A DNA stretch of 63,789 nucleotides, counting the filler, from Octopus bimaculoides (lineage: Eukaryota): assembly GCF_001194135.2 (NCBI RefSeq). It is 5 parts of 4 records of this genome, joined end to end, with 100 filler letters (N's around TTAATTAATTAA, not from the genome) between each part and the next. Parts side by side here need not be neighbours in the genome. Positions count along the whole stretch, not along the records: positions 26,899 to 48,040 come from NC_068982.1; 4 more parts are not named here. One strand, given 5' to 3'. The position numbers and the translations under genes are program-made. Below, one piece after another: positions 27,260 through 39,870 of this stretch. The notes beneath the pieces are model-generated. The model saw only the letters and a program-made list of their open reading frames with translations, did no database searches and had not been told where the DNA came from. Within the stretch, counting starts at the first letter, position 1. Each line of letters opens with the position of its first letter.

Positions 27260-27508
27260 ACATCATCAGCACCAACACCAATATCGGTGCCAATAACGAC
27301 GTTGATAAAATTCGTTTCCTCCCAGATCGGTATATTGGTGCTCACTTAATTACTCCACTACTTCTTCTTCTACCTCGTTCTCAAATCTAATTAAACTGAC
27401 TCATTGTGATGAAAACCTGTTAATATGATTAATATGTTACGTAAACGAAAGATTAATATCGTTAGAATAAAACTACCAACAATCACATCAATAATAATGA
27501 CGATGATG

Positions 27509-27564
<56 letters not shown>

Positions 27565-27566
27565 GA

Positions 27567-27625
<59 letters not shown>
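27214..27625. repeat. (CAT)n and (AAT)n tracts
   Basis: CAT run ~27214-27265 and AAT runs ~27510-27625. Confidence 0.9.
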
Positions 27626-28176
27626 TCATTATTATTATTGTTATTATTAGTAGTAATAGTATTAGTATTATTAGTATTATCATTGCTATTGCATTATTAC
27701 AAAAGAACTCTCAAATCTAGGTGCAGTAAATATGTACGAATATATGTAGGCATGTATGTATGTATGTGTGTATGTATTATATATTACATAATCATATATA
27801 TTTTATTTCGTTTGTTAATTGTTTATGCATGTACACACAGATACACGAATCTGGTTGAGTGGGTACATAATTTTATATAGATATACACACATATACATAT
27901 GTAACGCTTATATTCTTGGTTATGTATGTATACACACATATAAGTACACAGAACGTTGTTTTCTGTACCATTCACGTTTTATGGACCCCACCACCGTCTT
28001 TCCCCTTCTTCCACAAAGCGAAATATTCTACTCTGGTCCTTGTTGTTAGCTGAGACCAGAAACACCCGAACAGTTATCACTGGTCGAATACAGGCTTCAA
28101 GTTCGAATACAGTTCAAATTTAACGTTCGTTTTTTGTTTTGCACCAATAAAAATTAAATATATTAGGACGCATGGC

Positions 28177-28250
28177 CTAGTGGTTCGGGTGTTACGCTCA
28201 CGACTGCGAGATTGTGGTTTCAATTCCTAGACAAGGAGGTGCGTTGCTAT
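28177..28250 (+). mobile_element. tRNA-derived SINE head fragment
   Basis: TGGCCTAGTGGTT...GGTTTCAATTCC A/B-box-like pair, similar to the family C head. Confidence 0.55.
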
Positions 28251-28521
28251 GAAAAGTGAATTATTGAATCTCAATACTTTTTAGTGAAAGGAAATTGCTG
28301 GACAACACCAGGAGGAATTTAGACAACGATCTTTGTTACCATTTTTGACTATAAGCATTATTTGACTGTTGTTCAGGGAGACGGCCTGGCTGCGCAGGAG
28401 AGAAAGTCAACTGAAGAACACTTCTTGTTGCAGTCATTGTATTTAATAAATTTCGACTAGTTTCAATGGCTTTCATCACACTGAAACACACATACACACG
28501 CAGCTATAAACAAATATGTAT

Positions 28522-28899
28522 ATCTTTTATCTTTTATTCGTTGACTGCAGCCATGCTGGGGCGCCGCCTTGAAGGGTCTTAGTCGAACAAATCGACTTCA
28601 GGACTTATTTTTTCTAAAGCCTAGTACTTATTGTAATAGTTTCTTTTGTCGGAACGCTAAGTTACAGGGATATAAACATACCAACACCAGGTGCAGTGAT
28701 GAGGGGACAAACAGTCACATACACACACGCGCACACAGACACATACATACACACACACACATGACGGGCTTCTTTCAATTTCAGTCAACCAAATCCACTC
28801 ACAAGTTCTTTGGTCGGCCCAAGGTGCCAAGCATTGAAACTGAACCAGGAACCATGTGCTTAGGAAGCAAGTTTCTTACCATACAACCATACCTGCACC
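28522..28899 (-). mobile_element. SINE family A, internally deleted copy
   Basis: Reverse complement carries both the head (GGTGCAGGTATGGTTGTATGGTAAGAAACTTGCTTCC) and the tail (CCAGCATGGCTGCAGTCAA) of family A. Confidence 0.85.
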
Positions 28900-28914
28900 T
28901 ATTGTAATGATCTT

Positions 28915-29526
28915 CTTCTATAGAAGGTTAGTAGAGTTCAAGTGTGACGACGTCCTGGGAGAAACCCTAGGCTTCGACGAAGATCAACTGGCCAGCCTAT
29001 TCCAAAGAAAATTCAGGCCGGGGCCTATGGATAATTACCAAAAGTCCCTGGCCTAGCAATGTTACAGAGGAGCTTTACCGGTTCGAGATAAGCTCTTTAG
29101 ACATGGATGTGCACCTTCGCCGGTTTGTGCAAGATGCGAGCAGGACAGTGGAACTGTCCTGCATGTGATTGTGCAATGCCCAAGGTGACTGAACTCTGGG
29201 CTTAGATCGAACACCTGCTGTCGCATTCGAGAAGAGTACAACTGTCGAGCGAATCTGTTATTAAGATCGTTCCGCCGCCCTCCCTGAATAGGGAGGAGCG
29301 AGCCTGTTTTCTCTCGGTAGTTGCTGTGGCGAAAGAGGTAGTATGGAAGACGAGAGTGAAAGGTATTGCAACAGGCATGCTCATCTCCAGTCTCGAGCTA
29401 ATCAACTTTTTTGTTTTTCACACGAAATGGAAAATAAGGCTGGAGAAGAAATGCCTGTCGCAAAGTGTGTTTCGTAAAAGATGGAAGTTTGTAGCAAGTA
29501 TGTTGCGAGTGAAAGAACCGATCTAA
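28915..29526 (+). mobile_element. Tx1/L1-clade LINE ORF2 C-terminal fragment with zinc-binding region
   Basis: Translation ...MDNYQKSLA*QCYRGALPVRDKL.RHG...VCARCEQ..GTVLHVIVQCP... then ...AKEVVWKTR...INFF.FH...RLEKKCLS...F.KRW, a CxxC...H...C motif typical of L1/Tx1 ORF2 ends. Confidence 0.85.
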
Positions 29527-30318
29527 ACGAGAANNNNNNNNNNNNNNNNNNNNNNNNNNNNNNNNNNNNNNNNNNNNNNNNNNNNNNNNNNNNNNNNNNN
29601 NNNNNNNNNNNNNNNNNNNNNNNNNNNNNNNNNNNNNNNNNNNNNNNNNNNNNNNNNNNNNNNNNNNNNNNNNNNNNNNNNNNNNNNNNNNNNNNNNNNN
29701 NNNNNNNNNNNNNNNNNNNNNNNNNNNNNNNNNNNNNNNNNNNNNNNNNNNNNNNNNNNNNNNNNNNNNNNNNNNNNNNNNNNNNNNNNNNNNNNNNNNN
29801 NNNNNNNNNNNNNNNNNNNNNNNNNNNNNNNNNNNNNNNNNNNNNNNNNNNNNNNNNNNNNNNNNNNNNNNNNNNNNNNNNNNNNNNNNNNNNNNNNNNN
29901 NNNNNNNNNNNNNNNNNNNNNNNNNNNNNNNNNNNNNNNNNNNNNNNNNNNNNNNNNNNNNNNNNNNNNNNNNNNNNNNNNNNNNNNNNNNNNNNNNNNN
30001 NNNNNNNNNNNNNNNNNNNNNNNNNNNNNNNNNNNNNNNNNNNNNNNNNNNNNNNNNNNNNNNNNNNNNNNNNNNNNNNNNNNNNNNNNNNNNNNNNNNN
30101 NNNNNNNNNNNNNNNNNNNNNNNNNNNNNNNNNNNNNNNNNNNNNNNNNNNNNNNNNNNNNNNNNNNNNNNNNNNNNNNNNNNNNNNNNNNNNNNNNNNN
30201 NNNNNNNNNNNNNNNNNNNNNNNNNNNNNNNNNNNNNNNNNNNNNNNNNNNNNNNNNNNNNNNNNNNNNNNNNNNNNNNNNNNNNNNNNNNNNNNNNNNN
30301 NNNNNNNNNNNNNNNNNN

Positions 30319-31116
30319 AAAAAACAAGACAGGAAAACAAACGGAAAAGGCTATGCGGCCAGACGTGAAAAACTATGTGTATATGAACGCTGTGAGGCAC
30401 GAACTGAAAGACGGGACGAAGTAAGTTCGCGTGTTTGCTCGGCAATAGCCAAGGAAGAAAAGGATTAGTGACCGGAAGCATGTGACCAGGGAGGGGTGAG
30501 GAAGAGAGAGAGTGGTAGAGGGAGAAACAAGGGGAGGAAGTAGAAGACTAGGTGAGCAACGAGAGAAAGAGAGGAAGAGAGAAATATAGTAGTAACAGAA
30601 GGAAGAACGAGAGGGGAAAGAGATATAGTAGTAACAGAGGAAGAACGAGAGGGGAAAAAGTGATAGAGAAAGAGATAGAGTCGCGTCAGAAAATATAAAG
30701 TTGAAAAAACTACTTACAGCAGGGATGATGCAGGCGTTCGATAATATAAAACAAATAATAAGTGAGTATATGCATATATACTTACAGGTATGTGCATACC
30801 TACGTCTACCTGTATATATAGGTGCATATCTGGGTACAGGACATTGCAAACAAAACGTAGACAAGAAAATAATAATAACCAAAGTACAGAAAACACACAA
30901 GCCACATAGAGAACATTTTCCTTCATCAGCTACCGCCATTTCAACACCGGCGTTTCGAAGAGTTGGGCAGGACGCATCGTTAAAATGGCTCTTCCCATGG
31001 ACCGCAAATTAAATTTGTATACGCAAATTAAACCTGTGCCATGGAGGAATGTAGTGGCGGACAAAAAACAAGACAGGAAAACAAACGGAACAGGCTATGC
31101 GGCCAGATGTGAAAAA
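30319..31116. repeat. ~744-bp unit with 54-bp terminal direct repeat (probable collapsed tandem repeat)
   Basis: 30319-30372 and 31063-31116 differ at only 2 of 54 positions, and both abut N gaps. The interior (30741-30930) is homologous to 55465-55700. Confidence 0.65.
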
Positions 31117-32797
31117 NNNNNNNNNNNNNNNNNNNNNNNNNNNNNNNNNNNNNNNNNNNNNNNNNNNNNNNNNNNNNNNNNNNNNNNNNNNNNNNNNNNN
31201 NNNNNNNNNNNNNNNNNNNNNNNNNNNNNNNNNNNNNNNNNNNNNNNNNNNNNNNNNNNNNNNNNNNNNNNNNNNNNNNNNNNNNNNNNNNNNNNNNNNN
31301 NAAATAATAGCTTCATGCTATTACAAGACTTGAACAGGCATATTTATAAAAAATGCCATGTCTTAAAGTAATCATTAAGGCTCTGTTTATGAGTTATATA
31401 TATTTTGAAAACAACGACGCTGGACAGTAAGAAAATAAGAAACAAACTTGGAAAAATCCGTGAAGAATGTTGGTGCAAAAAATGGAACGACAAAAAAAGA
31501 AACGAAATCTAGATAGCTAAGATTCTCATCCTCCCTGATTACAGAAAGCTCATCAAATACAACTGGTTTAGAATAAAATAACAGAAAATATGCCAAAGTC
31601 TGTGAGACTACAACTCAATCCGCAGCGGATGGTGCGCTCCAGTTCGATAAAAGAAACCTGTCCATGTGTCTACACCTGCTAAAAATTTAAGATCCCGAAA
31701 TAAGCAGTGTGTTGGAAATGTTCGATCGAAGAAGAATATGAGATCTTTCTGCTACGCGTAAGTTGCATTACTTAGATCCATTAACATATGACTTAAGTTT
31801 CTCCACTATTCTCCACTTAATTGTATGTAGTGTGAAACTGCTCTTTAAATTCCAAATGTGGCTAGCCAACTTAGTTGCATTATTTTTATCGATGTGCCGG
31901 AAAGAAGACAAGTGACTTGCGTAGCGTCTCTTGAATTTGCCTCACATAACCCGAAGTAATTCTTTTCAAACCACTTATCTTTTTGATAGCATGAAACTAT
32001 TAGTAGCATTCTCGGTTGTGTATTTAAATTGAGATATTTAAATTGATATATATATATACANNNNNNNNNNNNNNNNNNNNNNNNNNNNNNNNNNNNNNNN
32101 NNNNNNNNNNNNNNNNNNNNNNNNNNNNNNNNNNNNNNNNNNNNNNNNNNNNNNNNNNNNNNNNNNNNNNNNNNNNNNNNNNNNNNNNNNNNNNNNNNNN
32201 NNNNNNNNNNNNNNNNNNNNNNNNNNNNNNNNNNNNNNNNNNNNNNNNNNNNNNNNNNNNNNNNNNNNNNNNNNNNNNNNNNNNNNNNNNNNNNNNNNNN
32301 NNNNNNNNNNNNNNNNNNNNNNNNNNNNNNNNNNNNNNNNNNNNNNNNNNNNNNNNNNNNNNNNNNNNNNNNNNNNNNNNNNNNNNNNNNNNNNNNNNNN
32401 NNNNNNNNNNNNNNNNNNNNNNNNNNNNNNNNNNNNNNNNNNNNNNNNNNNNNNNNNNNNNNNNNNNNNNNNNNNNNNNNNNNNNNNNNNNNNNNNNNNN
32501 NNNNNNNNNNNNNNNNNNNNNNNNNNNNNNNNNNNNNNNNNNNNNNNNNNNNNNNNNNNNNNNNNNNNNNNNNNNNNNNNNNNNNNNNNNNNNNNNNNNN
32601 NNNNNNNNNNNNNNNNNNNNNNNNNNNNNNNNNNNNNNNNNNNNNNNNNNNNNNNNNNNNNNNNNNNNNNNNNNNNNNNNNNNNNNNNNNNNNNNNNNNN
32701 NNNNNNNNNNNNNNNNNNNNNNNNNNNNNNNNNNNNNNNNNNNNNNNNNNNNNNNNNNNNNNNNNNNNNNNNNNNNNNNNNNNNNNNNATATATATA

Positions 32798-32800
<3 letters not shown>

Positions 32801-32866
<66 letters not shown>
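32801..32866. repeat. (ATT)n microsatellite
   Basis: Pure ATT run next to a gap. Confidence 0.95.
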
Positions 32867-32867
<1 letters not shown>

Positions 32868-32914
32868 TCCTTTCGTAATTTTTGCTTCGTATATTGATAG
32901 CAGCGTTAGAGGCA

Positions 32915-33066
32915 GTTTACGTTCAGAGTTCAAATTTTGCCAAGGTCAGCTGCACCTCTGATCTTCCGAGAGACGATAAAATAAATTGTTACTCAAGCCC
33001 AGTGATCGTAATAATTAACCTCAATCCCACTAAATTTCAGACTTTGTGCCTATGTTAGAAACTCGT
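32915..33066 (+). mobile_element. SINE family B, diverged copy
   Basis: TACGTTCAGAGTTCAAATT...AAATTTCAGACTTTGTGCCTATGTTAGAA is collinear with 43674-43829 and 63259-63435. Confidence 0.65.
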
Positions 33067-34121
33067 ATTTGTATCACCCTGCTACAACTGCTGGCACAGC
33101 CCTGTCTCTCTCTCCAACTGTCATATCCTCCATATTCTACAAGGTCAAGAGTGAGAGGCTTACGAGGGTGTCTATATCTGCTCGGGACTACATAGATACC
33201 TAAAACAATTGCCTAAAGCTTGAGACACATTACTGAGTTATACTCGCTCGCGAGTGACGGTCATGGTTTTATTATTTTTCCGAAAATTAACAGAATGTTT
33301 AATGAAGATTTTTCTCCACAGATGGGTCAGGGTTTCAGATTGTAAGACGAAAAAATAGATAACAACAGTTTTTCATGTCGTTCTTAAAGATATTTTCTAC
33401 GATATGTGAAGTAGTTCGAAGACAAGATCGAGACCCGAATGCTGGTTCGAGTGAACCGAGGACTTAACATGACAAAAAGAGCCATAATAGACTTTATATA
33501 ATTAAATATGAAACGTTAAGGCAAGTATATAGTAATGAGTCTTGCCCAAGGACATACCAGCAACAGCAACAATAATTATAAGCATTGCTCTCACACTCAA
33601 TAATAATAATAATAATACAGCTACTGTAAGACAAGATCTCAGAAAGTAATGATCAAGATATCAACTATTTTAGCAGACTACTAATTAATAAATTACTCAC
33701 CAAGTTATTAATTAATTTTATAGCCTCCAGGATTAGGTTAGGGCTCGAGTTATAGATCTGCTGTGGATCGGGTGCGTTTACCGACACTGACACCTCTCTC
33801 TCTCTCTCTCTCTCTTCAATCGCGTAAATTCATCTGCTTCTTCCTCCACCCTATCATCATCGTCGTCGTCGTCTTCATCTTCTCCTCTTCCTCCGCCTCG
33901 TTTTCTTATTCCCTTTCTCCTCCTCCTCCCCTCCCCATCAACATCCTCGTACTGATCATCATCATCATAGTCGTCGCCTTTATCATCATAACTATCATCA
34001 TCATTATCATTCCCTGAATTCCCTCATCGCAGTACCACCATCATCATTTCACTACCATCACCATCCCTATCATCTCCATATCACCACCACCACCACCACC
34101 ACGCTCATTATGGTTGTTGTT

Positions 34122-34685
34122 GTTTAGTGCCAGGTCAAAACTGAAAAAGTCGGCCTATTTTCAAAGACAATCCATACATGTCAAACTCGTTTATATTTGA
34201 AGTAGTCTATCTGGGACTATGTTATTCATACATTCTTCATTCTATAATGATTGTAGAATTGGATTCGAGAGAGATTTAGCTGTTGTTTCTAGTAGATTAA
34301 AGTCGCTGAAATTAATAATGGTATTGGCAGTTAATTATAGGCGTCCAACTCGTGACCAACGCCTTTTCCCCCCACAAGCAACCTGTGCCTAAAACTATCA
34401 TATGCAATGTATCTTTGCTCTTTTAAGTTGTCAAGGTGTAACGTGAAGGTATGTCGTTGCTATTCTTAGTAAGCTGAAATCCCTACTGTAGACCTGATAA
34501 CGATGACGTTGGGGGATTTTGTTAGTGCTGTTTGTTTAGCCCTAGGTCTTCTCAAACAAGCAGTCACATGATCAAAGTATTCCCAGCCGTGACCAACCCA
34601 CTTGTTTGTATGTCAGGAGTTACACTCTTTAACGAGTCCTTCTTAACACAGCAGTTAAAGACGCATTTGGCTGCTATATCTAACA
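34122..34685 (+). mobile_element. Interspersed repeat family E, two copies (34122-34296, 34534-34685)
   Basis: Shared GTTTAG(T/C)(G/C)C..GGTC start and TTT(A/G)GCTG.T.T.TCTA end; CAGCCGTGACCA is shared with 36075-36228. Confidence 0.55.
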
Positions 34686-34699
34686 TGTAGAAGTTCTCC

Positions 34700-36030
34700 T
34701 GTTCTAAATTCTCCTTACATCACTTGTCAAGCTCCACTGGAATACATTCTGAGACGCATCATTCCTGTTCCGCACAAAGATCTGTCAGAATACGGCTCGT
34801 ATTGATGTTATTATAATAATGATGTTATTATAATAATGATGTTATTCTCAGTCAGACTCTTCAACCGTATCATGCTCAGATCAAACCAAAATGGCTTTCG
34901 CAAAGGCTGCTCCATCCTTAAATCTACTTTAACTCTTCGATGATTCATTGAATTCATTTCAGCAGAGAAAGGTAGCACTTTGTGCGCCGACTTTGTGGAT
35001 TTCACCAAAGCTTTTGACTCCGTCCACCGAGAGCGAATGTTTTAGATTCTTTCTATCTGTAGTTTAACAAATCAAGTTTTAAAGGTTCTGCACTTTATCA
35101 ATGAAGATTGCAAAAATTTCGTATGCACCCCTGACGGACACACCGACACATTCGCAGGCAACACAGGAGGTCTCCTAGGCGCCACCTTAACTCGTTTCCT
35201 AGTCATTGCATGCTCTAGTATAGATGCTATGGCATTTGAAGTTGGCATAACTCCCCATCCTCACCGAGGTTTACATCGTCCAGCATCGTAACTCACTGAC
35301 CTCGACTTCGCAGATGACATCACACTTGTCTCACATACAATCATACTCTTCTCACAAACCTGGAGTCGGTTGCCATTGAAGCTGGTCTCTTAATAAGTCG
35401 GTCGAAGACAAAGACCAATGATTCGTTGGTGAAAATACCCATTAAATCAGTTGCCCATTTCTGCTACCTCGGCTGCCGTACACGCTCTATCAGTACAGAT
35501 GCTAACATTTGTAAAGCGATTAAAAGGTTAGCATCCGACAGGCTATATAAAATTTGGAAAGCATCACAACTATTATACGACCTAACACAACGCCTGTTTC
35601 GTGCTACAATAGAATCTGTTCTGCTCTATGACTGCTCTTTTATGGCAGCCAAACACCAATCACCAGACAGCACAAACAATCGACTTCTGCGGAAGCCTTT
35701 AACATTTCTTATGCCAAGCATATAGCAAACATGTCACTTATGGATCTTTACCGATTCTCAGCCAGACAATGAAGCAGAGACAGCTAAAACTAACAAGCTA
35801 AGATCAGATCAATTTGCCACTGCGCTTTCTCTCCAATTGGTTGGAGATATTCAAGCCTGTTGGTAATGCCCATGTGACGTATGTCCGTGAACTTATGCAA
35901 GATGCAGAAATTATATACTGCCTCAGAGCTGGCTCACACAGTGCCATATAACATAACCTGGAAGGGAATTTGCTTTCCAGTAGATGTCGATGTCCACGAG
36001 TCATGTGGCAAAAACTAAGAAGGTCTAGTG
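34700..36030 (+). mobile_element. RTE-clade LINE, decayed reverse transcriptase region
   Basis: NQNGFRKG (~34885-34905), FVDFTKAFDSVHR (~34992-35030), LTDLDFADDI (~35295-35321), F.YLG, LFRATIESVLLY; many stops and frameshifts. Confidence 0.9.
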
Positions 36031-36074
36031 GGTAGGACGGCCGTTCCAGTGAAAATGTTGTTGCTACTGTTATT

Positions 36075-36228
36075 GTTCGTTGGTCAGCAGACTCCTTACC
36101 AACAGAATTTCAGCCGTGACCATCCTGTCTCTATCCCATCTACAAGTAACTCAGGAGAGCGTTATACAACGAGTCGATTTTGAAGACAATACTGTGATTT
36201 CAGGAAGATTGACTGCTATTTCTAGCAA
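36075..36228 (+). mobile_element. Interspersed repeat family E copy
   Basis: TTCAGCCGTGACCATCC...GATTGACTGCTATTTCTAGCA matches the copies at 34122-34685. Confidence 0.55.
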
Positions 36229-36264
36229 GTTAATTGACCATGAAAACACTTCCTTGCTGAGAGT

Positions 36265-36710
36265 ACTGGTGGTGATAGTGATGGTGGTGGTGGTGGTGGT
36301 GGTGATGGTGGTGGTGGTGGTGGTGGTGGTGATCGTGGACCAGTTGATGGTGGTTGTAGTGGTGGTGATGATGGTGAGGGTGGTGGTGGAAGTGAAGGTA
36401 GTAATTAATGGTAGTGGTAGTGGTGGTAATTGTTGTAATGCTAATGGTGATTGCAGTGGTGGTGGTAGTGGTGTAATATAGAGATGATGACTGTCGATGA
36501 GGTAGTGGTATTCGCACAGACTGTGATGGTGCTGGTTGTGGTGGCGGTGGCAATGGTGATGGTGATGGTACTGGTGATAATAGTGGTGTCGGTAGCGGCT
36601 GTGTTGGTGGTGGTGTGGTTTGAGACGGCGGTAGTGGTTTATTAGTGTGCTTAATAATGGCGGTGACGGTGGTGGTGGTGGTGGTGGTGGTGGTGGTGAT
36701 GGTGGTGTTG
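36265..36710. repeat. Degenerate (GGT)n trinucleotide region
   Basis: GGT/GAT/GGC triplet-rich tract running into a gap. Confidence 0.9.
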
Positions 36711-37184
36711 NNNNNNNNNNNNNNNNNNNNNNNNNNNNNNNNNNNNNNNNNNNNNNNNNNNNNNNNNNNNNNNNNNNNNNNNNNNNNNNNNNNNNNNNNN
36801 NNNNNNNNNNNNNNNNNNNNNNNNNNNNNNNNNNNNNNNNNNNNNNNNNNNNNNNNNNNNNNNNNNNNNNNNNNNNNNNNNNNNNNNNNNNNNNNNNNNN
36901 NNNNNNNNNNNNNNNNNNNNNNNNNNNNNNNNNNNNNNNNNNNNNNNNNNNNNNNNNNGGTGGTGTCGGTGGTGGTGTTGGCGGCGGCAATAAATGGCAG
37001 TATGCGTCGGTGATGCGTTTGTAAGGACGTTGGCATTATGGCAGCATGGCACCGTGTCTGCTAGAAGAATTAAACCACTCTGGGCGTAGCTAACGAGACG
37101 CGCTAATTAAATAAAACTCGCTCTTGAGCGATAAATTATTTAAACAGATTCTAAATGCAGACACAGATACAACGCACGCACACG

Positions 37185-37231
<47 letters not shown>

Positions 37232-37469
37232 ACGCGCACTGTATGTTTGTGTGTGTTGTAAATGTGTAAATAAATGTTCTTATATATGTGTATGTCTATA
37301 CACACACGCGTGCACGCGCACATGTATACGCACACACACAGAGAGACATACACACATATTTACATGTGTGGCTATGTGTATATGAATGCGTTTAAATATG
37401 CATATTTATGCGTCTGCCTGGATGTTTATATGTTCATCTAAATGCGTGTAATATATATATGCATGTTTG

Positions 37470-37515
<46 letters not shown>

Positions 37516-37582
37516 GTGTGCGTGTGTGTGTTCGCGCACATCTAAATGTGTTTATATATATATGTGTATATATATATATATA

Positions 37583-37613
<31 letters not shown>

Positions 37614-37706
37614 GCTTGTGTGTGTATGTGTGTGTTCGCGCACATCTAAATATGTTTATATATGTGTGCGTGTGTGTGTGTGAGTGTGTGTGTATGTGTG
37701 TTTGTA

Positions 37707-37737
<31 letters not shown>

Positions 37738-37799
37738 GAGTATATGTATGTATCCTTCAACATGTATATCCTCTCTCTAGATTTTACTATCAACAGAAC

Positions 37800-38400
37800 T
37801 ATCTAAAAGAGCAGCCACAACTCTCTCTGGGTTGTCTAAGAATATCTGGTCTAAAAAGAAATGGCTGATTCATATCAAGTCAGCAGTCAACAGATTCTGT
37901 GTCCTTAGCACGTAGATTTACAGCAGCGTAAATTGGGGCCTCTACTTCAGATATAGGTGGTGCCTCAACACTTTACTTTTTCATACCCGGTGGCACCGCC
38001 TCGACATGAAGTGAACTGAGCGAGTCACAATCAATGATGTTCTTCTCACGTCCAGATATTCAGCGTCTTCACTCTGCTCGAAAAAGGACATCTCCATTGA
38101 TTGGGCTACGTACACCACTTGTCAAACGGCAGGCTCTCGAAAGATCCACCGTATTGGGAAGAGGCATCTAGCAAGAAACACTAGGGTGACAGCTATCATC
38201 GCTTGAAAGGTGTCGGCAGGAGAGAAATAAAGACTGAATATGAACGTCGAAAATATGGAGGAAGACATTGCAAGTGATCACTCTCATTTAAAGTTTATAA
38301 AGAGGGAAAAAGGTGAAGTTTACTGCCGAAGAAAGCTACATTGACAAAAAATGGCACCAAAACAATAAGGGCAGGGAGTGCTTCAAATACAGTCGCTGAA
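37800..38400 (+). mobile_element. RTE-clade LINE, heavily decayed ORF C-terminal region
   Basis: Piecewise translation RAATTLSGLSKNIW..., FCVLST.IYSS..W, FTLLEK.HLH.LGYVHHLSNGRLSKD parallels the better-preserved RTE end at 55725-56350. Confidence 0.7.
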
Positions 38401-38558
38401 ACTGGGACAATCATTCCAATGATTAATGTGTGGTTTCACTAAGTGTTTATATAATTTGTAGACATAACGAATATATTTCGTCATGCAAGGGTTTAACAAA
38501 GAACTCAATGATATTCCGGGAGTTCAAATTTCAGATCAATGCTGTACACACCCACACC

Positions 38559-38633
<75 letters not shown>

Positions 38634-38815
38634 CGAGCCAAATATACTGATCTTTCTACTTCTACTCCCTTTCTCTTTATATTTCCCTTTTACTCTCATC
38701 TTGTCTCACTTCTCAGATTCTGAAGTGTTTCGTCCAAATGTCTACCTTGGAATTTGGTATATTGTACATATAAAGAACATATAAGAACATATATCTTCTA
38801 GAATTATCTCCATAC

Positions 38816-38862
<47 letters not shown>

Positions 38863-38954
38863 NNNNNNNNNNNNNNNNNNNNNNNNNNNNNNNNNNNNNN
38901 NNNNNNNNNNNNNNNNNNNNNNNNNNNNNNNNNNNNNNNNNNNNNNNNNNNNNN

Positions 38955-38989
<35 letters not shown>

Positions 38990-39479
38990 GTCTCTCTCTC
39001 TCTCTATTAATTTTATTTTCTTCAGCTACTATGTTATAAGTGTTTAGAATCAACACTTACCAATATCATCAGTCTTAGAGGAACAACAGAAGTCACAAAT
39101 GTCGTCTTTCCTCTCCTAACATCTACAAACAAAGATTTAACTTACCAATTCTTATGCCATCCCTGTAAATAAGCAGAGTTACCGACTCTATTTCCCGCAG
39201 CAGCATGTTGCTGCTGTTGATGTTGTTTACTACACCATTGCTGTACATTTGGTGTTGCTGCCTCGATACATGATAAATGCAGAAGGAATTAGGTTGTCAG
39301 AGAGTAATTGCTAAATTATTATTAATTGATCTCTTTGTTGGTTCAGTAAATCCGTTAACACGGTAATACTTTAGGAACAACGACTCAGGAATATATTTGT
39401 GGTAAAATCGTACTTTCATGTCATTCTGGAAAAATGATGATGTGTTTGCATTCATTTCTAAACCTTCCTTATCAACAAC

Positions 39480-39870
39480 AACATTTAATGTCTCTTTTCC
39501 ATATTGGCATGGGTTGGACAGCTTGACAGGGACTGGTAAGGCCAGGGATCGCACCAGGTTCTATTGTCTATTTTGCCTTGGTTTCTATAGCTGAATGCTC
39601 TTCTTAACGCCAACCACTCCTCAGAGTGTAATGGGTGCTTTTTTCGTGGCAACCACCACCAGTGCCTTTTGAGTGACACTACTACCAGTGCTTTTTACGT
39701 GGCACCAGCACAACACAAATACTTTTTACGTGACATGTTGGTTTTAGAATCTCAGTTCTTTTGTGGTGAACGGGTCTTCTCTAGTATAGAAGTGCACCAC
39801 ATATCTCGGTCCTCTGTCATCTCCTTCATAAGATTCAGTGCTTTGAGATCGGCCTTCAATTTTGGGTAAA
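39480..39870 (-). mobile_element. RTE-type LINE 3' end and 3' UTR
   Basis: Minus strand LKADLKALNLMKEMTEDRDMWCTSILEKT*, then a UTR with short GTGCTTTTTACGTG repeats and the GTGGTTGGCGTTAAGAAGAGCATTCAGC motif. Confidence 0.75.
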
